The position numbers were made by a program, and so were the translations under genes. From an uncultured Gammaproteobacteria bacterium (GTDB lineage: Bacteria > Patescibacteriota > Microgenomatia > UBA12405 > CAZGPK01): a DNA stretch of 64,000 bases. Shown in pieces: positions 59,401 through 64,000 of this stretch (within the stretch, counting starts at the first letter, position 1; each line of letters opens with the position of its first letter). The notes beneath the pieces are model-generated. The model had not been told where the DNA came from and did no database searches. It was given only the letters and a program-made list of their open reading frames with translations. Location: contig CAZGPK010000002.1 of NCBI GenBank assembly GCA_964527115.1, positions 20,765 through 84,764 on the forward strand, read 5' to 3'.

Positions 59401-60261
59401 ATGTTTACTGGAGAGCGTGGAGCATTTGTTTGGAAAGAAAGGGTGAGAAAAGGGGCTCAGTTTTTAGTTTGGTTTTCTTTGGCTGCGGGATTGTTATCTG
59501 TAGCGGAAGCACATGCAGATTTAGCTATTAGAGGTAGAGAGAGTGAAGAGCAATCCAGTGTAGATTATCAAAGTGTGGAAGTTTATGAACCAACTGTTTA
59601 TCGGTATCTATTCTCACAAGAAGAAAGTGCTCGGATGGCGGGAGATGTTCTTAATCCAATTACAGGTGAACAGCTTGATGTTTTGGTGCGTAAAGAGGTG
59701 GTTAAAACAGAGAAGGGGTGGAGGGCTGGTTTGGTTTTACAAGGTAGGGGGGCGATAGATTTCCTTGAGGGTCAGGTTGAGTTTACTGGTGCTGAGGGAA
59801 GGCTGGTGGATATTAGAGATTTAATGGGAGAGGCAGTCGAGATTGTGACAAATACTTCATTGGAACCGCAGGAAATTTCTTTTCAACAAGGTCCAACAAT
59901 TGGAGGAGCTTGGGATTCATTGAGTGGAAAGCCCCCCTTGTTTGGTGGTGGAATTTCAGTTTTGCAAGCTGAAGATGGACGCTTTGCTGTTTTATATGAA
60001 TATTATGTAAGGTCTGGAAATGGGGCTGGGGAGTTTATACAAGTGTACTGTTCTGAAATAATAGAAGGGGGTGGTTGTGTGATCAGGAGTATTTTTGATC
60101 CAGTGTCACAGGGGGTTTCTGGGGTTTTGAGAGAAGTTGGATCTAGGCCTTCATTGATTTTAGTAACTGATGATTATGAATGGCCGGCACCAAGCGAGCC
60201 AATAAATGGCCAAGCAAGGATAGGGAATCTGAAAGGTGGAGTTTTTCCAGTAGAATTGTAA
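59401..60261 (+). CDS. Orphan exported protein
   Basis: ATG 59401 follows TGTTATAAT; hydrophobic segment with an AHA cleavage-like site. Confidence 0.7.
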   Translation: MFTGERGAFVWKERVRKGAQFLVWFSLAAGLLSVAEAHADLAIRGRESEEQSSVDYQSVEVYEPTVYRYLFSQEESARMAGDVLNPITGEQLDVLVRKEVVKTEKGWRAGLVLQGRGAIDFLEGQVEFTGAEGRLVDIRDLMGEAVEIVTNTSLEPQEISFQQGPTIGGAWDSLSGKPPLFGGGISVLQAEDGRFAVLYEYYVRSGNGAGEFIQVYCSEIIEGGGCVIRSIFDPVSQGVSGVLREVGSRPSLILVTDDYEWPAPSEPINGQARIGNLKGGVFPVEL

Positions 60262-60304
60262 GTTATTGGGTTATTGATTTAATCTTTGTTAGAATAGGTG
60301 AAAT

Positions 60305-61543
60305 ATGGTAGCTGAATCTCAGGACTTGGTTCAGGAAGGCAGAAAAGTGAGAGAGGGAGGGAGGGAAACAAGAAAGAGCGGACTGGGTCCTGTGGGGAGG
60401 GTTTTTTTTGCTGCTTTGGCTTTTTATTTAATTGGATCTCAAGTTGACCCCGTAGTTTCAGGTGAACTTGGTTTAAGTAATGCGCTTTCAGTAGGCAATT
60501 CTTATTCTGAAAGTTACTGGGTTCCAGTTGGTCAAGATACTGGGAATTTAGATACACTTGATGTGGAAATGGAGTCGTCCTCCCAGGTTTTTTTGCCACA
60601 AGTGGAAAGGAATATTTTGAGTTTGGATACACTTGATGTGGAAATGGAGTCGTCCTCCCAGGTTTTTTCGCCACAAGTGGAAAGGAATATTTTTGTTCAG
60701 GATAAAGAAGCTACTTTAAGAGCTTTTGCTATTTTTGGACGAGGACTTGATTCTGCTGATAAATTGAAAGAAGAAGATGTGGTTCGTGTTGATAATTTTT
60801 TAGGTGCTATAGAAAAAAATGAAGATTTGATTAGAGAAATTTTCGTTTTGACAGCGGAGGCACAGGTTTTTTTTGATAATTTTATGGTTTCTTCTGGCTT
60901 AAGTTCGGAAGATTTTGACGATGGAAAATTTCCTGTTTATGAGATTTCAAGGGAGCAAACCTTACTTTTACCAGAGCGTTTAGATGATCCGAACTGTTTA
61001 GGTTTTGTTTCTGGTTTTGCGGGAGCAGCTAATTCTGAGAGTCCGGATGAGTTTATTCAAATTTATGCCTCTTGGAATAACCGAGGGCTTCTAACTGATC
61101 CTTTCCACACTTTAAGTTTAGTTAGAACGCTGATTCATGAAAGGGCGATGCATAGTGTTTGGGAGCGCCAGTTAACGGTATCTAGTAAGCTACCTCTAGA
61201 TTGGAGGCATCATGCTTTTGATTTTGGTGAATGGATGGTTTCTGAATTAGTGGCGCAAAAAATTGGGGTAAAAAATCCTTTTGAACCTAATCCGAGGATT
61301 GTGTATTTTTTGTGGGAGCTAAAAGAGTCAGGAGCAAACTGGCGTTGGGCGGAAGCAGTTTTTATTTCTGCTGAAAATGCTGACGTGCTTTTAAGTGGAT
61401 ATTGGGATGAGCAAGTGATAGAAAAGGGAAAGTCAGATGATACTTTTGAAGATTTAATGGAAATGCCTGAATACAAAGTGAGGGAGAAGTTTGATTATGA
61501 TGAGGCAATGGATTTTTTCAGAGTTGAGCTTGGGTTAAAATGA
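60305..61543 (+). CDS. Orphan membrane-anchored protein with 25-aa duplication and HExxxH motif
   Basis: TM; repeated LDTLDVEMESSSQVFxPQVERNI; LIHERAMH. Confidence 0.75.
   Translation: MVAESQDLVQEGRKVREGGRETRKSGLGPVGRVFFAALAFYLIGSQVDPVVSGELGLSNALSVGNSYSESYWVPVGQDTGNLDTLDVEMESSSQVFLPQVERNILSLDTLDVEMESSSQVFSPQVERNIFVQDKEATLRAFAIFGRGLDSADKLKEEDVVRVDNFLGAIEKNEDLIREIFVLTAEAQVFFDNFMVSSGLSSEDFDDGKFPVYEISREQTLLLPERLDDPNCLGFVSGFAGAANSESPDEFIQIYASWNNRGLLTDPFHTLSLVRTLIHERAMHSVWERQLTVSSKLPLDWRHHAFDFGEWMVSELVAQKIGVKNPFEPNPRIVYFLWELKESGANWRWAEAVFISAENADVLLSGYWDEQVIEKGKSDDTFEDLMEMPEYKVREKFDYDEAMDFFRVELGLK
60551..60693 (+). repeat. 75-bp-period tandem duplication (2 copies)
   Basis: 60551-60618 and 60626-60693 are identical except for one base. 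Confidence 0.95.
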
Positions 61544-61623
61544 TTTTGTTCATATTTTATTATGTAATGGTTTTTTGTGAACATATTGTTGATTTTTGAT
61601 ATATTATTTGTTATAATGTCTTT

Positions 61624-62010
61624 ATGTTCAATGAGGTTGGTCGTGAAATTAGGGATAATGGGGGTAAGAGGTTAATAAGGCTCGCTGCTGTTGGTTTGGT
61701 GATTATTGGATCTGTTTGTTCTGGTTGTGTGTCTGGTGGTAAAACTGATATTGTTTCTACACCTACGTCCGAGGTTATTCCTACTGTAACAAATACTCCT
61801 TTTCCGACCTGTGTTCCTGATTCTTCAAAAGTAGGTATTCCTTTGGGGGCTGTTCTGACTGGAAATAAGTATTTTACACCAGATGAAGCCCGTTATCATG
61901 GGTGGAACCCGTGTGAGTGGCGCCAAGTCGAAAGGGATTATTATTCTCCATGTGATATTCAGGTTGAGGGTGGGTGTGAGGGGTCGATTTGGTTTGTTCC
62001 TTTGCCTTGA
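61624..62010 (+). CDS. Putative lipoprotein with Pro/Thr linker
   Basis: Hydrophobic stretch plus lipobox-like CSGC; STPTS...PTVTNTPFPT. Confidence 0.7.
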   Translation: MFNEVGREIRDNGGKRLIRLAAVGLVIIGSVCSGCVSGGKTDIVSTPTSEVIPTVTNTPFPTCVPDSSKVGIPLGAVLTGNKYFTPDEARYHGWNPCEWRQVERDYYSPCDIQVEGGCEGSIWFVPLP

Positions 62011-62141
62011 GTTGTTTTGTAAGGATGTTTGTATTTTTTTCTGGTTGTAGTGCATTGATTTGGTTGTAATCGTTTTTGGGTTGTTGTAGCATGTTCTTAG
62101 TGATTTGTTTTGATTTATTGTATTGATTTTGCTTTTTTGTA

Positions 62142-62687
62142 ATGGTTGAACTTTTTTTAAAATTAAGGTCGAAGATGTCGTGGGACAGGAGGCTGAACAG
62201 AGTGATAGCATTTTTATTTCTTTTTTTGTTTTTTGTGCTAGTTATTGATGGTTATTTGTATTTGAAAATGGGATATGGATTTAATAGGGGTAAGAATGTT
62301 TATTTTAGTGATAACCAGGTAGGTGTGGATGGCTTTACTGAAGGCTTATTGGAGCGTCGTCTTGCTAATGGTGAATTTTGCGATAAGGTTAAAATTGGAG
62401 AAATGCTTCAAGTGTCCAGAGGTGAAATTATGAAAATTACAGGTTTGGTATTAGAGGTTTCAAGTGAAGATGGCAAGTATATAATTGATTCTGGTGAATG
62501 TTTGTTGAATATGAAAATTGCCAAGGTAGAGGCGGTTTATTACTTGCTTGATGCTGAAAAAAAAGACAATATATCTGTTGGCGATGTCGTTAGTTTGGGT
62601 GGAATGGAGTTAGAAGACGATGGTGTTTTGATTGTTGGAGATGTTTGGGTTCAGTCTGAAAAAATTAAAGATTTTTTGGTTATATAG
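62142..62687 (+). CDS. Hypothetical membrane-anchored protein
   Basis: Single TM; OB-like ISVGDVVSL; start may be 62175. Confidence 0.65.
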   Translation: MVELFLKLRSKMSWDRRLNRVIAFLFLFLFFVLVIDGYLYLKMGYGFNRGKNVYFSDNQVGVDGFTEGLLERRLANGEFCDKVKIGEMLQVSRGEIMKITGLVLEVSSEDGKYIIDSGECLLNMKIAKVEAVYYLLDAEKKDNISVGDVVSLGGMELEDDGVLIVGDVWVQSEKIKDFLVI

Positions 62688-62691
62688 GAGA

Positions 62692-64000
62692 ATGATAAGA
62701 AATAGGATATTTTTTGCTCTTTGTTTTTTGTTTGTTTGTTTGGGTATTTCTTTTTGGTCAAATTTAGCTTTGGCCCAAGAATTTTATTGTGATGTTGGTT
62801 GTGTTTCTTTTACTAATAATTTGGATTGGGATTGTACCCCTCAGGATTGTTACTATGCTGGTACGGCTTGTGAGGGTAGTAAGGATGCTTATTCTAGGAT
62901 TTATATTGATGGAGATGGTTGTCACCAGGTTGTTTATATTGGTTGTGGAGGATGCTCTGGTGGTGGGGTTGTTGTTAAAAAAGAATTGTGGGTAAGGGTG
63001 TGGGATACAAGTAAGAATTTGCCGTGGGAAAGGTATTGTGGGGAAACGAGTTTTTGTGGTACCTCAAACTGTTATGGACGGAATTTGCGGGTGAGAGTTG
63101 GTTTTGACCCTACAGGGGTCAATAATCTTGATTATGGTGATAATAATTTTAGCTGGTCTGAGGGTGGATTTTCCTATCTTGGCCGAAGTTCTCAGCCAGA
63201 ACTTTATCGCCAAGTAGAGTGTGTTAGCGCTACTCATTTTCCCGATTCCCCTATTACCGCCGAGATGGCTGATATTGATCCAGTGAAGATATTTTATCCA
63301 ACTGATCATTTGAATCGACGGGCGGCAATGTCGGCAGATTGGACATATAGTGGTCCGCACTATGTGACTTTGACTCCTCCGAGTGGGTATGTTTGCACTT
63401 CAATTAAATCGCGAAGTCCCGGGGGAAATTTTGATGAGAGTTCATTGGCTGCTTGCGATTGCACGATTCAGGTTCCCGGACATGGTGGGGGGCAGTTTGT
63501 GACTTTTAATATTGCTCCAGATACGGGGCAGTGTGCTTTGCCAACAGGGGCGTTGGACGTACCAAGTTGTGCTGGTGGGGCAGTTTCTGGGTGGGCTTGT
63601 GACGCGACAGACTATACTAAAGCGTTGACAGTTGAGGCAAAGCTTGACGGAGTTTCCATCGGGACTACGGTGGCGAACAGTCTTGGTTATTCAGTTGTGA
63701 CTTCTGCCTGTGGGGGGCAGGCTTATCATCGTTTTTCAATAGCAATTCCTTCAAGTTATTGGGATGGTAATACCCATTCGGTTACTGGTTTTGCAACAGA
63801 TTATGGAACAGGGGGTGGATCTTATCCTTTGTCAAATAATCCCCAGACATTTGGGCCTTGTCTGATAACTACTCCCACTCCTTTTTATGATGCTCATGTG
63901 CGAAGTACGGCTGGATCAGCGGTTTCGCGAACGCTTTGTCCGGCCAGATTTGACGCTGGGCCCACTAATATTTCTCTGGGGACTTGTGATACCAGATCTG
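62692..64000 (+). CDS. Large secreted Cys-rich protein (3'-truncated, absent from ORF track)
   Basis: GGAG then ATG 62692; MIRNRIFFALCFLFVCLGISFWSNLALAQ signal; frame stays open towards the window end; Ig-like PTGALD...SGWACD...LDG...HRFSI.IP...DGNTHSV module. Confidence 0.85.
   Translation, partial: MIRNRIFFALCFLFVCLGISFWSNLALAQEFYCDVGCVSFTNNLDWDCTPQDCYYAGTACEGSKDAYSRIYIDGDGCHQVVYIGCGGCSGGGVVVKKELWVRVWDTSKNLPWERYCGETSFCGTSNCYGRNLRVRVGFDPTGVNNLDYGDNNFSWSEGGFSYLGRSSQPELYRQVECVSATHFPDSPITAEMADIDPVKIFYPTDHLNRRAAMSADWTYSGPHYVTLTPPSGYVCTSIKSRSPGGNFDESSLAACDCTIQVPGHGGGQFVTFNIAPDTGQCALPTGALDVPSCAGGAVSGWACDATDYTKALTVEAKLDGVSIGTTVANSLGYSVVTSACGGQAYHRFSIAIPSSYWDGNTHSVTGFATDYGTGGGSYPLSNNPQTFGPCLITTPTPFYDAHVRSTAGSAVSRTLCPARFDAGPTNISLGTCDTRS

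Noticed and set aside
62789-63360. Short ORFs 62789-62995 and 63064-63360
   Set aside because: Shadows of the long open frame starting at 62692.

Overview
Core-genome stretch of a small-genome bacterium, most likely Patescibacteria/CPR of the Microgenomates group. The assignment is inferred from the archaeal-type TyrRS with a C1:G72 tRNA-Tyr, the N-terminally short RF1, the cohesin/dockerin surface genes, the Lgt-DksA-LspA-RluA cluster and a type IV pilus locus with no secretin in the window. In order: a 5-gene cohesin/dockerin cluster (1-5.2 kb); housekeeping genes (rpsU, yqeY, ybeY, dnaX, ybaB, recR, rpsF-ssb-rpsR, S41 and HtrA proteases, prfA, rpmE, hisS, dnaB, yebC); a 1.36 kb AT-rich gap before a Xer recombinase; gyrA/gyrB; tyrS; a MacAB-like ABC exporter; pth, ligA, fic, holB; a pilB-pilT-pilC-pilin-pilD cluster with nine prepilins; and orphan secreted proteins at the end. 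There are four tRNAs (His, Leu, Tyr, Ala). The best find is missing from the ORF track: a leaderless 15-aa leader peptide MEKAKAPLNHHHANL with a complete 1:2/2:3/3:4 transcription attenuator (16278-16414, minus strand) directly upstream of tRNA-His and hisS. It appears to be a ribosome-sensed histidine attenuator controlling a tRNA gene and its own synthetase. Also notable: a dif-like site whose arm recurs over the xer promoter, pervasive leaderless transcription, and an enzyme-free cellulosome-like surface cluster.
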